The notes under the pieces: model-generated
What the model was told of the DNA's origin: nothing
What the model saw: the letters and a program-made list of their open reading frames with translations, nothing else
Databases searched by the model: none
Program-made: the position numbers and the translations under genes
IMG/VR virus record: IMGVR_UViG_3300019132_000039
Strand: one strand, 5' to 3'
Length of the DNA: 64,000 nucleotides
Origin: an uncultured virus (IMG/VR IMGVR_UViG_3300019132_000039)
Taxonomy: Duplodnaviria > Heunggongvirae > Uroviricota > Caudoviricetes
Shown here: one piece after another, positions 40,019 through 51,891 of the stretch
Layout: every line of letters starts with the position of its first letter
Position numbering within the stretch: position 1 is the first letter of the stretch

Positions 40019-43000
40019 ATGCCACGCCTTTATATGCCGGAAATATATACATTAGAAATGTATAACCGTCATTCTTCAAGCGGCATAGCCTATTGTGATC
40101 TACTTGTGACAGATAGCGATAATGTCATCTATTTAGCCAATTTGATTGGTGTGGATTCCAAAGTAAAGCAAGCCGCATGGCTTATGCAAGATGGAAAAAC
40201 GGGACAAATTTATCGTGCTGAAGGAAATCGATACGAAACAGGATTTATTCGTCATAGTGTTTTTGCTATTCCTACGTCTAAAAAGCCGTATGATGAAGAG
40301 GTATTAAAAGTTGATGATTTAACTCATATTTTGATGGTGGCCAAAAATGCAAAACCAGATTTAAAAGCACGTAATCAATGGTTAGCAGAACAAAGAGAAC
40401 GAATCAATCAAGGTCTAGATCCAGAATCTATTCCAAGCCATTTAGCTGAACTCATTTTGGCATGGGATGGTAATTACAAAAAACAAGTGTTTCATGTTCT
40501 GAATGACCGATATAATACACCAATGCTAGAGGAATGGACTGATTATATTGTCGAACGACTAGAAGAGGAAGGTTATTATACACCTCTTACCGTGAAGTGT
40601 TTTGGTTCCAATTATTCTCTAGAAGCAGGACTTCTTATGATTACAGAAGAACAGCTAGAAAACATTATCTCAGAAGGAGTTCAAGGATATGAGTTAAACT
40701 TTGCAATTGAAGAAGATGGCCGAGATGAAAGTCAATCCATATTACCTCATTGTCAGACGATTGATGATTATTTAACTCACTTTGCACCAGAGCTAGGAAA
40801 ACGTATCCAAGAGAATATTGCTGTTCGTTTTGATCCGGAGAAAGAACGACATCATCCCGCTTTTCGTGATGTGAATTTATGTGCCAATCAGCAAGGAATT
40901 ACAGGTCTATATCCACCGCAAGCCAATACTGTTATGGGTGTTTCTAAAACATTGGTGGAAGATGATTTTTGTTTTATCGTTGGAGAAATGGGTTAACAAA
41001 CAGGTCGTAATGCATTTCATAGCATGTTATTATGGGTATAGGAAATATACCTATGGGAGTGATAACATGTATGAAATGGCAAAGCAAATGTTTTTGGAAG
41101 GTAAATCGTTGAGAAAGATTTCAGAGCTCACAGGTTTTGACCGCAAGAAATTATCCCAAATGTTAAAAGCAGATGGGATACAGATAAAATCCAGAGGGAT
41201 GACAACAGGAAGAAGTAAATACAATCACAACACCGATGCGTTTAAAGTAATCGATACCGAGGAAAAAGCATATTGGTTAGGCTTCTTATATGCCGATGGC
41301 TCAGTTTATGAACCACGGGGAACATTGGAACTAAGCTTATCTGAAAAAGATGTTAATCATCTTGAGCGATTTCGAGATTTTATCTCTCCTGAAATGGACA
41401 TCAAACCAAGAAACGTGAATGGTCATCTATGCTATCGATTACAACTCGTATCGATGGAAATTGTACAGGATTTAATTGATAAAGGCTGTACGCCTGCCAA
41501 ATCATTGACCTTGCAATTCCCAACAGAAGAGCAAGTGCCACATCATTTATTGCATCATTTTATGAGAGGATATTTCGATGGAGATGGAAGCATTCATTAC
41601 TTCTATGATCCGAGAGATAATTCCAGACCTCAAGTGAATATAGAAGTGATTGGTACAAAAGAATTCCTAGATGCTTATTCCAAAGTTCTACATGAACACG
41701 GATTGCCACTAAGAGAAAAATACAAAGAGAATGGAAGAGCATTTGGTTATCGATTCGGTGGAAATGGATTGTATGCGAAATTTGTAAATTTCCTCTACAA
41801 CAATGCAACGATTTATCTGGAACGAAAACATTATCCTGTAGCCCATGTAAAATCGGGTGAATTGCTGGAAACCTAAGTCCGAAAGGATATGGCAATCAGC
41901 AGCCAAGCCTAGCGAATGGCACTTGAGTAGCTAGGAAGGTTCAACGACTAACGGGTGAGGATGCCGACCAATAAACCCGACACGAGCGCCCGACACGATG
42001 AAGGCTGTCTCCGAGCCTGAGTGATGATATAGTCTCGTCCTCTCCGAAAGGGGAGTGGTTGGGTTAAATTCCCGACCTAGAAGGTATCGACAGGTAAAAC
42101 CACAATGGGTGAAGTAGTTCCATACATCACAGAAGCAATGCTGCAAAACGTAGAAACCAATCCTCAACCACAGCGGGTTATTGTCCTGTGTCCTTCCATT
42201 ATGGTAGAAAAATGGGCACGGGAAATTAAAGAACGAATACCGAATGTAGAAACACATATTATTCAACATTGGTTAGACGTAAAACGAATCCAGGAACAAA
42301 ACCAATACATGGATGCAAAAGGAAAAATAAAATACAAGAAACCGGAGAAATGGGAATATTACATCATGAGCTCTGAGTTGTCCAAGTTTACTTATCCGAT
42401 GGAGCCTATCAAAGATTGGCGTGTTCATAAATCTGATATTACATTCCGTTCTGTAGAGGACGTAGAACCTGAACAAATTCGACATGTTCGACGAGGAGAT
42501 GGCATGCATCAAGTTGTTCATCCTGAGTATCGTGTTCGCATGATTCGAAACGAAGTCTGGAATTATGAGAGCGGAAGACCTGATGTGTTTTATTCGGTAG
42601 GCGAAACCAGTTTTTATTGTCCAAAGTGTGGGAATCCATTATTCGAACGTGGCGGTGAATATGCAGAAGAACATTTCTTTGAAACTTACAACAAGTCATC
42701 AAAGAACTGGGTAAAGAATATGACCAAAGAAAATTATCGCTGCCGAAACAAAGTTCCAACTTCTCTTTTACCAAAAGAGGAAATTAAGGAATGGAAGTTG
42801 GATTACAATAGTAATCGTTGGGTGCCGGCAGATGAGGAACAAGAATGCGGATATGTATTATGGCAGCCAGAAAAACTTCCACTGGATTCTGGATATCGAA
42901 AAGTATCTCCAGCTTGGTATATCAATAAGAAATTACCAAGAGGATTCTTTAAATACCTAATTGCTGATGAAGTTCATGAGTACAAAAGTGGAGATTCTAC

Positions 43001-44531
43001 AACAGGTACTGCATTTGGCCAATTAGTGAACCATACTGAAAAACAAATTTTGCTAACGGGGACATTAATGGGTGGAATGGCTCGAGATATTTTTTATTTA
43101 CTAGCTCGCTTAAATCCAAAAGGACTTCTTCGGGAAGGCATTACGTATCAAGATGAATCACTCTTTAATCGTCGATATGGAATTAATGAGCGAAGTACTC
43201 GTGCACGAGATGGTCGCATTCGTCGTACGACTTCACAAAAACCAGGTATTTCACCACATTTATTCCCGATGCATCTGATGAATAATTGTGCCTTCTTAGA
43301 ACTAAATGACATGGGATATGCATTACCGCCATATCGAGAAATCCCGGTAGTGGTAGATATGAGTTCTGAACACCATGATGCTTATCGACAAATTGCACAT
43401 GATGTCGCCGTAACCATGCGTTCAACAGAAGGGTTAGGTGGCATGAATAGTATTTCTACCTTTATCAATGCCATGTATCAGTATGCGGATACACCATTTA
43501 ATGTAGAAGAAATTGTCACATATGATAAAGATGGACATCGTCATATTCTTGGAGTTCCTCGTACTTTTGATCCAGTAAATTTTGTGCCAAGAAAAGTAGA
43601 ACAATTGATCCGCATTATTGATGATGAAATTTATCAGCATGGTCGCAAGAATCTGATTTATGTCAAATACACCGGAAAAGAAGCATGGAATCAAGTGGAT
43701 ATTTACTTGTATGAAGAATTCAAACGTCGAGGTTATAATGTAGGAATTCTTCGAAATGGTGGAAGCTATGACGGGATTCGAATGCCAAAGAATTCTCAAC
43801 AACGGGAACAATGGCTTCATGGAATGATGGAGAAACACGATTGGGACATTCTTATTACCAATCCACGATTGGTGAAAGTTGGATTAGATTTACTTGCTTT
43901 TCCAAATATCCACTTTTTCCAATTGGATTATTCCACATATGATTACATGCAGGCCTCTCGTCGTTCATGGCGACTCAAACAAACGAAAGATGTAAAAGTA
44001 TACACCTATGTGTATCGTGATACGATTCAAGAGAAAGCTCTCAAACATATTGCTCGCAAAATTGATGCAGCTATGGCTATGCAAGGAAAATTCTCTGAAG
44101 AAGGATTGCGTGCCATGGCAGATAGTTCTGACGGCATGAATGCATTAGCCAAACAGCTCCTTAATGATAATGTCTTTGAAGATATTGAAACGGTACATGA
44201 TATCTTTGCCCGCAAAAATCAGTCCTTTGAGGAAATGCAAGCTGTGGAGTTTCAGGATTATGAAGGTTATATCATGAATCCAATTGAAGGCGGTATTGAT
44301 ACAGTACGTAAGATTGCTCAAGGATTGATTCGCTTTGTAGAAGAAGAAGCAAAGGTCGGTCGTGCAACAAAAGAAGATGTTCGTCGGACTCGTAAAGCCA
44401 TTGACGATTATTTATCCATGTTTGATTCTGTCATCAAGAAAGTAGAAAACGTTAGAGAATACAATAAGGGTGTACCAAAGCGGAAGCAAGTTATTGAGGG
44501 GCAACAGGAGCTAGACCTCTTTGCTTTATAA
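40019..44531 (+). CDS. Large SF2/SNF2-like helicase, spliced (exons 40019-40993 and 42090-44531, about 1138 aa)
   Basis: The join restores Walker A GEMG-TGKT; IADEVHE, LTGTLMGG, VGLDL, QASRRSWR. Confidence 0.88.
40994..42089 (+). ncRNA. Group I intron (1096 nt) with a homing endonuclease gene in the P1 loop
   Basis: U|...G boundaries; IGS GCCCAU 41841 pairs with AUGGGU; P10 CCUGU/ACAGG; P AAUUGCUGGAAA, Q AAUCAGCAGCC, R UCAACGACUA, S GAUAUAGUC. Confidence 0.95.
41067..41876 (+). CDS. LAGLIDADG homing endonuclease with N-terminal HTH
   Basis: AYWLGFLYADG and HFMRGYFDGDG motifs; GGAGTG RBS before ATG 41067. Confidence 0.9.
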   Translation: MYEMAKQMFLEGKSLRKISELTGFDRKKLSQMLKADGIQIKSRGMTTGRSKYNHNTDAFKVIDTEEKAYWLGFLYADGSVYEPRGTLELSLSEKDVNHLERFRDFISPEMDIKPRNVNGHLCYRLQLVSMEIVQDLIDKGCTPAKSLTLQFPTEEQVPHHLLHHFMRGYFDGDGSIHYFYDPRDNSRPQVNIEVIGTKEFLDAYSKVLHEHGLPLREKYKENGRAFGYRFGGNGLYAKFVNFLYNNATIYLERKHYPVAHVKSGELLET

Positions 44532-44597
44532 GAGGTCGCTCCTTCTATTTGAAGTAGGCAATAGGAAACAGAAATGGAATAAATGGTAAGGAGGATT

Positions 44598-46669
44598 ATG
44601 ATGAAATACTGTTCAAAATACCGTTGCGGTCGTGTATTACCAGAAAACTTTGAAGGAACAGAATGTCTGTATTGCGGAGCCAGTGATAAATATGCCTACC
44701 TGGACTCACATCGTTACATTAATTCACTGCCGTTAGAAGCTTTTGAAATTGAACAAAAATGCAGAAAATGCGGTTCTACCGAGGAATTATGTTATCATGA
44801 AAAACATGATTATGGTTCTTTTCAAACAGGGAATTATTATGAATGCCGTTCCTGTCGAGATGCCTTTTACGCTGAGATGGATCGAGAGGAAGCGATGCAC
44901 TATATTGTCATCAATAATTATAGTGATGAGATAGAGTTTTATGCAGACAAACATGAATTGGAACAAGAGTTAGACGAAATTTCAAGTGATTGGGACTATG
45001 AAAATCTAGAAAATATTGATGAACACCTCATCATTTTAAAAGTGGAAAAAATCGAAGGGTATCCAGAGCTACGTGATTTCCAAAATCGCAATGTTTTTTA
45101 TTACAATGATGTATTTTATCGAGTGGAAGAAGTTATTCAGCCATATTTTGAGAGTGATAGCAGCTGTACCATCAACTGGTGATTCGAAAGGAAGGAAAGT
45201 ATGATTGATTCAACCATTCAAGAAATCAAACAACACCCAAAATACATTGTATTAAAAACAGAAGATGTAGAGAAATACGGTTGGGAAACACAGAAGATGT
45301 ATTTACGTGATTTATGCGAGGAAATCAACAAAGGTCGCATAGAAGAAGGAAAAAAACTGAATAGCTATATTGTAATTAACATGGATGAGCCTTATATCAA
45401 TGAAGTCATTGAAATATTAAAACGTCATGGACATTGGGAGGGATAATCATGACTACACAAATTATTCGTCATGACCGAGGATTAGATGCAAAACGTATTG
45501 AGAAACTGATTGATATGATTGAGGGTAAAATCAATGATATTCTCTATGACCGACGAGATGTATTAGCACAGCGAAAGGAAGAGCTCAAACAAGAGTTTAT
45601 TGTTCAAAATAATTTGCAGCCTCATTTTAATGCCATTAAAGATATTGACCAACAAATCAGGGAATTAGAAAAACAAATCAGACATCTTGAAAATCAAAAA
45701 GAACCTCATAAAATCGCTATTTCTAAACTCTTTAGAGGCTGTGAAGATACTTTTCAATATCAGAGAATATCTGAAGGTTCACCGGCTGATGAATACATTA
45801 AATCCCGAATTTTTCAATATCAGAGAATATCTGAAGGTTCACCGGCTGATGAATACATTAAATCCCGAATTTTAAATATTGATGAGATAAAAAATGAACT
45901 AAAACAGCTAAAAGAAGAAATGGAAGAAAAATTGTGGTTGGCTAAAGATATTGATGAAGCTCGTTCTCTTTATTATTATGCAACTAGCCGGATTCAAGAG
46001 CTTACGGGAGGGATATAAATTATGCTGAGGAAGTGTTTCGGGAAGTAGTTCTTTGTGATGATCTTGATCAAATCGAAGAACTCCCCAATGGTATTTACTA
46101 TCTTTTATTTGAAACAGGTTGTTACACATATTCCACCCCAGAAGGAACCGAAGGTGATGTAGACACAGATTTAAAAGTGTATCCTTTTGTTCCTTTGCGG
46201 GAATTTTTAAAGCATAAAAAACAGTTGTTGGAGAAACCTGAACCAGAAGCAGAAGAATTATTCGATTTATATCTCTACATACAACAAACTAAGCCACACT
46301 CCATCCAACACGATGATGATGATTTAGATTCATGGGAATAGGAATATACATTAAAACCGTAAATATGAAAATCATGAAGGGTGTGAGATGGCTATTATGA
46401 AGCAAATTTATGAATGTTTAACTCGAGCTTTTGAAGGTAAACTTCCCCTTCCGAGTAAAAAATGGAAGGGGATTATTACTACGAATTGTGAAGGACATGA
46501 CATTTTAGCATTATACTGCAGTTACAATTTGATTCTCCTTTATGACATTACTTCCCATGAGTATATATACGAATGGACAAAAAGAGGATGTCATTTCCGA
46601 GGATTACAAAGCGCAAAAGAGTGGTTAGAAGAACGCAAGAGAAAACAGCAAGAAATCTCTTGCAAATAG
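44598..46669 (+). other. Hypothetical ORFs (44598-45182 Zn-finger, 45201-45446, 45449-46018, 46033-46341, 46388-46669)
   Basis: Packed ORFs with RBS. Confidence 0.6.
45751..45870 (+). repeat. Perfect in-frame 60-bp tandem duplication
   Basis: 45751-45810 = 45811-45870 (FQYQRISEGSPADEYIKSRI x2). Confidence 0.95.
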
Positions 46670-46707
46670 CATCAGATGTTGTAAGATCATGTTTATTCTG
46701 TTATTAT

Positions 46708-46746
46708 TGTAATGTATTACAAACCCTCCGGGTTATTGGGTGAAAA
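46708..46746 (+). promoter_or_regulatory. Operator TGTAATGTATTACA adjacent to CCCTCCGGG element copy 7
   Basis: Operator 46708-46721; ccctccggg ttattggg tgaaaa 46724-46746. Confidence 0.8.
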
Positions 46747-46775
46747 AAAGAAACATATAAAGGGAGGATACTAGA

Positions 46776-48104
46776 ATGTTAGAATTACAAGGTATTGATG
46801 TAGAAAAAATTGATCAAGAAATTGAAGAGGAATTAAAAACTCATGTGGCATTAGCAATTCAAACAGATTTGCTCAAGAAACTGGTAAGCAAAGTAGAACG
46901 TTCTGTAGCGAAAAAGGCCGTACAGGAAATTTATAAATTCATTTACATGGAAATTCAAGAAGATCGTTTGATTTTCCGTGGCATTAATAACGATTACTTA
47001 ACAGAAGCTGTAGCAACTCAAAATAAAGAAGGAACGAATTTTAAAATTACAGAAGGAAAGCCGGGTTCCATTTGTTTTCCGGGCGATAAATTTATTCAAA
47101 TTGTCAAGAAACTGAATCACAAAAATACTGAGATACGTATTCATGATAAAGTGGCTGTTATCAAATCGGGTCGCCCAACTTTTGATTTACACGGATTAGA
47201 TGGACATGAATTTCCACGTACACCGGATTTAGGTGAAAAGATTACTTCTGTTTCTATTCATCCAGATGTATTAAGTCGTATTTATGATCATACGGTTTAT
47301 GCGGTATCCACTAAAGAAACACGCCCGATTTTAACAGGAGTCTTTCATAAGATTTCTGGCAGTGTTATTAAATGTGTTGCCACTGACTCTCATCGATTAA
47401 GTCAGTACGTTTACGAATTGGATGAAGAACATACAAATGTGGAAATGACTGTGCCAGCAGCGGTATTACAAGAAGTGAAAAAACACTTAGATGCAACTGA
47501 AGTAGAAGTCATTCTTCACTTTTATCCAACTCAAGTGGTTTATGAGTTTGAAGATGTTACATTATATGCTCGATTATTAGAAGGAAATTATCCAGATACA
47601 GATCGTTTGATTTTTGACTCATCACAATCTGCAAGTTCAGTAGTAATTCATGCTGGTTCATTTAAGGAATTGCTCAATAACTCTACGGTTTATAATACGG
47701 ATGAGCCGATTATTATTCGTATCAAACCAGAACTTAATCAAATGCGAGTCAATACTCGTGAACAAGAAGTTGGTTCATTCCAGCAAGATATTTCTACTAC
47801 GGAAGGAAAAGGGGCTGATGTGATTGTAGCGGTCAATGTTCGTTATTTACAAGAAGCTCTTTCTCGCTACAACAATGACGATTATATTCGTTTTGAGTTT
47901 TTGCCGTCTGCGCCAAATAAACCGTCAGGTATTCAACCATTTAAAGGCTTACTAAATAATGGAAACCCAGATTGTGTGCAGCTTTATGTTCCAGTACGAA
48001 GCGTTCAAATTAATTATAATGCGCCAGTGGAAATTGAAGATTTCCAAGGCATTCCAGAATTTGAGTTTAATCCGTTTGAATCCGATTTTCAAGAAGTCGA
48101 ATAA
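46776..48104 (+). CDS. dnaN: DNA polymerase III beta sliding clamp
   Basis: EFP, YAVSTKETRPILTGV, VATDSHRL, RLLEGNYPD, VNVRYL. Confidence 0.92.
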   Translation: MLELQGIDVEKIDQEIEEELKTHVALAIQTDLLKKLVSKVERSVAKKAVQEIYKFIYMEIQEDRLIFRGINNDYLTEAVATQNKEGTNFKITEGKPGSICFPGDKFIQIVKKLNHKNTEIRIHDKVAVIKSGRPTFDLHGLDGHEFPRTPDLGEKITSVSIHPDVLSRIYDHTVYAVSTKETRPILTGVFHKISGSVIKCVATDSHRLSQYVYELDEEHTNVEMTVPAAVLQEVKKHLDATEVEVILHFYPTQVVYEFEDVTLYARLLEGNYPDTDRLIFDSSQSASSVVIHAGSFKELLNNSTVYNTDEPIIIRIKPELNQMRVNTREQEVGSFQQDISTTEGKGADVIVAVNVRYLQEALSRYNNDDYIRFEFLPSAPNKPSGIQPFKGLLNNGNPDCVQLYVPVRSVQINYNAPVEIEDFQGIPEFEFNPFESDFQEVE

Positions 48105-48109
48105 ACCAA

Positions 48110-48129
48110 GTGTGTAATGCATTACACAC
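48110..48129. promoter_or_regulatory. 20-bp perfect palindrome containing the operator
   Basis: GTGTGTAATGCATTACACAC. Confidence 0.75.
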
Positions 48130-48144
48130 CCTTTAAAAAAGGAG

Positions 48145-48603
48145 ATGAAGATTGTGAGCATTCAATATTCTAATGGTCATATTTTTTGCTCTTGTGGAGA
48201 TTCGTTTTATGTAGGATTAGAAGATCGACTAGCAGAACGGTTATGGGAATCATATGACCATGAGTTATCGGATGAAGAACTGTATGCATGTCCTTCTTGT
48301 CGTATGCAGTTTCAATTGGAAATCGTTGTGGAGAAAACAGTTGTCACTTCGTTTCGAAAATTAACACCATTAGGTCAGCTTATGCAAACTGAAGATGGGC
48401 AGATAGGCCTCTCTATGTTAAAGGGTGCCGCAATTGGAGATTTGATTCAATTTAGAAATATGGATGACGAATTTGTCTTATTTCCAGACGGTATATATGT
48501 AGTTGATGAGAAAGAATATGCCGTAAAAGATGGGATTGTTATGAACTATTGGGGAATTTCTGATCAAAACCAAATGAATTTATTTGAGGAGTGCGTAATA
48601 TGA
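48145..48603 (+). CDS. Zn-ribbon hypothetical protein
   Basis: CSCG...CPSC; QMNLF near the C-terminus. Confidence 0.65.
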   Translation: MKIVSIQYSNGHIFCSCGDSFYVGLEDRLAERLWESYDHELSDEELYACPSCRMQFQLEIVVEKTVVTSFRKLTPLGQLMQTEDGQIGLSMLKGAAIGDLIQFRNMDDEFVLFPDGIYVVDEKEYAVKDGIVMNYWGISDQNQMNLFEECVI

Positions 48604-49000
48604 GTCTTGATACAATTGCAAGTTCCATTTTTATTACTAATACTTTTGCAGCAGCATATCCGGAAGAACATCTTCGTTTGTGGAAGCAATTTGAACAAGA
48701 GGTGCCATTTAGTCAGCGAAGCGGGACTTATGGAGCAGATAATGTCGCTTATATTCGATGGCTGAAAAAACAGAAGAATCCTGTAGTCTTAAAGTTTCTT
48801 AGCGAAGATATTATCAAGAAAAGTGTTTGAAAATGGAAATAAACACAAGCAAAGAGCGTTCGCAAATTGAAGAATTGCACGCTCTTTTGCAAGCTAAAAT
48901 CAATTACTTAACGAAACATCCTGATGACAGTAACGCTAAGAAACTGCCGGGATTGGTTGAAGCTTTAAAAGATTTACGGGAAATTTGCTATAAGTAACTT

Positions 49001-49363
49001 CTACCAAAATCGAATAGAAAACTTGCGCTTTCCTGGTAGAAATGAGTAGCATTTATCAGACAAAATGTGAATCAAACATCCTAAAAAGGTAAAAACAAAA
49101 GGGTCTACCCCTATAATAACCATAGGCAAAGACAGGAGAAGGCTACCTACAATGGTATGTGATTTTCCACGATGTTTCATAAAACGAACAAATGGATTGT
49201 ATTTTCCAAATGTTGAACGTGGATGATCAATATCAGGGAGTAAAGACCCTATGATGATGTAAAACACATCATGAAGAAAAATATGTTCGAACACCAATGC
49301 AAGCAATATTCCGATACTAATTCCAATAGTAAGATGTGCTTTCTTGTTGAATGGAATCACCAT
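49001..49363 (-). CDS. YdjM-like membrane metal-dependent hydrolase
   Basis: AH...GSLLPDIDHP...HRGKSHT...HILSD. Confidence 0.85.
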   Translation of the reverse strand: MVIPFNKKAHLTIGISIGILLALVFEHIFLHDVFYIIIGSLLPDIDHPRSTFGKYNPFVRFMKHRGKSHTIVGSLLLSLPMVIIGVDPFVFTFLGCLIHILSDKCYSFLPGKRKFSIRFW

Positions 49364-49393
49364 CCAAAAGCCACCTAAGTGGCTTTTGCTATG

Positions 49394-49579
49394 TTAGCGC
49401 AATTGACTTTGCGCTAAAGCCACCAAACGCTTAGTGATTTCGCCGCCGACAGAACCATTGATGCGAGAAGTGACATCTGCTCCAAGTTGAACACCAAACT
49501 CTTGAGCAATTTCATACTTCATTTGCTCTAATGCTTGTTGAGCTGTAGGTACGAGAATTTGATTTGTATTGCGTGACAT
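49394..49579 (-). CDS. Alpha/beta-type small acid-soluble spore protein
   Basis: [36 protein letters not shown]. Confidence 0.95.
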   Translation of the reverse strand: MSRNTNQILVPTAQQALEQMKYEIAQEFGVQLGADVTSRINGSVGGEITKRLVALAQSQLR

Positions 49580-49613
49580 TTCTTTCACCACCTTTATATA
49601 TAAGGATTGGTTT

Positions 49614-49643
49614 TACTTTTCCCTAAGTAAAACAAAATTATAC
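49614..49643 (-). promoter_or_regulatory. Forespore SigF/SigG-type promoter
   Basis: Minus strand GTATA-N15-GGGAAAAGTA upstream of the SASP gene. Confidence 0.6.
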
Positions 49644-49664
49644 CGAGTATAAGGAGGAAAAAGA

Positions 49665-51891
49665 ATGGCAGTCTCTGTGGTTATGATGCTTGATGAAGAT
49701 GGAGAATTTCACGAATTGGCCCGATATACATTAGAACCGAAACAGGCTTTAATTGCTTACTATATGCAACATGAAAAGAAAAATTTTAAAACTTATGAAT
49801 ATCCAGATGATCTGGATGTAATCCAAGAACGCTCTTTTGGTCGAGGGTATCAATATTGGAAAGGTGACGCTGTTATTTATTCAAAATGGTTGGAGGATGC
49901 AACAGCATGACTTCACTATTAGAACAATTGGCAAACACATATCAAACTCAGTTTGAGGAATTGTTCTACGAAGAAGCATCCAATCAATTGGACCGTTATA
50001 TTGATGAACATGGAGAGCCATGGAATCCTATTGATGATATGGATACGATGAGAAAAGTGGTAGACACGTTATATGCAGTCTATATGACGCAAGAAGAAGT
50101 TGAATACTATGATATTTTAGCACAAGAATATGGAACACGAACCGATGTACATGAAGCATTGTTTAGCTTATTGTATGATCGAGTCAATTGGTTTTCCTCA
50201 CAATGGCGAAACTTGTTTCAAGAAATTATCGAACATGCCAAAGACAGACGCTCTTATGAACGAAATCCATTGGGGTATCATGGCTTGCGTCAATCTGATT
50301 TTTTATAAACGATTTTCATAAAAAATAAAAAATTTATCTATGGTTAGGAGGGCAAACAATGGCTGAATACCAATACAAAATCATTTGGTTAAACGAAATG
50401 GGAGAAGAACAAGTGGATTATGCAGAAACCGAAGCAGAGAGAAACACGAAAATGCAAGCATTAGCGGATGATGGATATTCCCCTGTATGGCGGGAAGTGA
50501 ATTAATCATACACACAAGATCATGCATGAATTTTGTGAAAAGACGATAAAGGAGGGAGATTCATGCCGCTTTATGTTTTTTCTTTGACAGCTGTATCAGA
50601 ACAAGTCATTGAAGCTTCTAATCTTGAAGAAGCAAAAGCCAAATTACAAGAGATGGATCCTTCTGAACATACTTGGTATGATCGAAGCATTGAAGATTAT
50701 GCGGAGATTGAAGAATAGGTGAGTCTATGGAGCTTATACAAAGCTATGACTTGTTTCGAAGTGTATCGTTATTTCGGGATATAGATACGACACAATATAA
50801 TTTATCGGTATATGTGCAACATTCGTTTTATTTTGTATTTGTTGAGCCGGTTTTTGCAGAAGATCCGAAATTGCATCGGATCCTAGCATTTGTTACCGAT
50901 GAAACAGACGATATTAAAAACGTGATGTCTGTTTTTGAGTTTGCAAATTCTAAAGGAGCGGTTAGTATTGAATTCTTATAATATACCCCAAACGGGAGAT
51001 GTGGTGTATGTTTCTTCCGATTACTATACCGGATATGCCACGGTTACTTATATTGATTACCCGTTGCTTTATGTGCATCATATGTATCCGATTCAAGTAG
51101 AAATTCAGCCGGAAGATTGTATACACAAAAAATTCAAAGACGATCATTGTATCTTTCGAATCAATTTAAAAGAAATTTCTCAGCCTAAAGAATCCGCTGC
51201 AGAGGCAGAAACTAGTGAACATAATATAATTATGGAAAACTATCAAGGGACTTTGTTTGATTTCTAATCAAAAAGTGAGATAAATGAGGTGATTATAGTG
51301 AAGACGCTGGTTTGCTGGGAATTTCAAACTCCTTCTTTTTTAAATGGAGATACACAATTATGGGATTCATGTATTAACCGAGTGGAACAATGGTCCAATA
51401 AGTATCAGTTTGGTCAATCCGTCAAAGAACTGTTTTATGAATTATTGCAGCGAGGCTATTGCCGCTCGGTAGTAACTGAACGTGTAGAAAAAGCATATGA
51501 TGTTTTGAAGCAAGAAGGGTATGAACCTTCAATTGAAGAAAGACAATTAACTTTTATTTATTCTTAATGGAGAGGGGATTTTGATATGGATATTCGTTTT
51601 AAAGTATCAAGTGCATTGTTGTATGTTGTTTCCGTGATTTTTATCTTCTTTGGATTTGATAAGATTCATAATTATGAAAACCCAGAAGATACTTTCGCTG
51701 ACCCTGTGAATGCGTATGTAGGTGGCGATGCCTATAACTACATTATCAATGCAAACTATGCAGCGGCGTATTTTACATTGGCTACATTATTTGCTGTTGT
51801 AGCGACTTTATTGATTGTGGCCGGATTGATTCACGCTCTAAAACAAGAGCATCATTCTCAAGAACACCATACTAAAGGAGAAGAAGCGTGA
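49665..51891 (+). other. Run of small hypothetical ORFs, including a membrane protein at 51586-51891
   Basis: Packed ORFs with RBS; YVGGDAYNYIINA between two hydrophobic segments. Confidence 0.55.

Noticed and set aside
2405..40996. Stop-codon reassignment (TAA readthrough)
   Set aside because: TAA terminates many conserved genes normally; two of the three apparent cases are intron 5' ends
40881..41066. N-terminal extension of the endonuclease ORF
   Set aside because: It overlaps the helicase exon in another frame; the RBS supports ATG 41067
31894..42089. Inteins or pseudogenes explaining the split helicases
   Set aside because: Both insertions start with an in-frame TAA, lack intein termini and show group I cores with U/G splice sites
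45751..45870. DGR template/variable repeat
   Set aside because: Copies are identical and adjacent, with no adenine-specific mismatches and no reverse transcriptase in the window
2878..46746. CCCTCCGGG element as a host SigI/SigF/SigB promoter
   Set aside because: The spacing and the invariant TCCGGG do not fit those consensus sequences as I know them
623..48161. Numerous short minus-strand and nested alternate-frame ORFs in the track
   Set aside because: They are shadows of well-supported + strand genes and lack RBS or recognisable motifs
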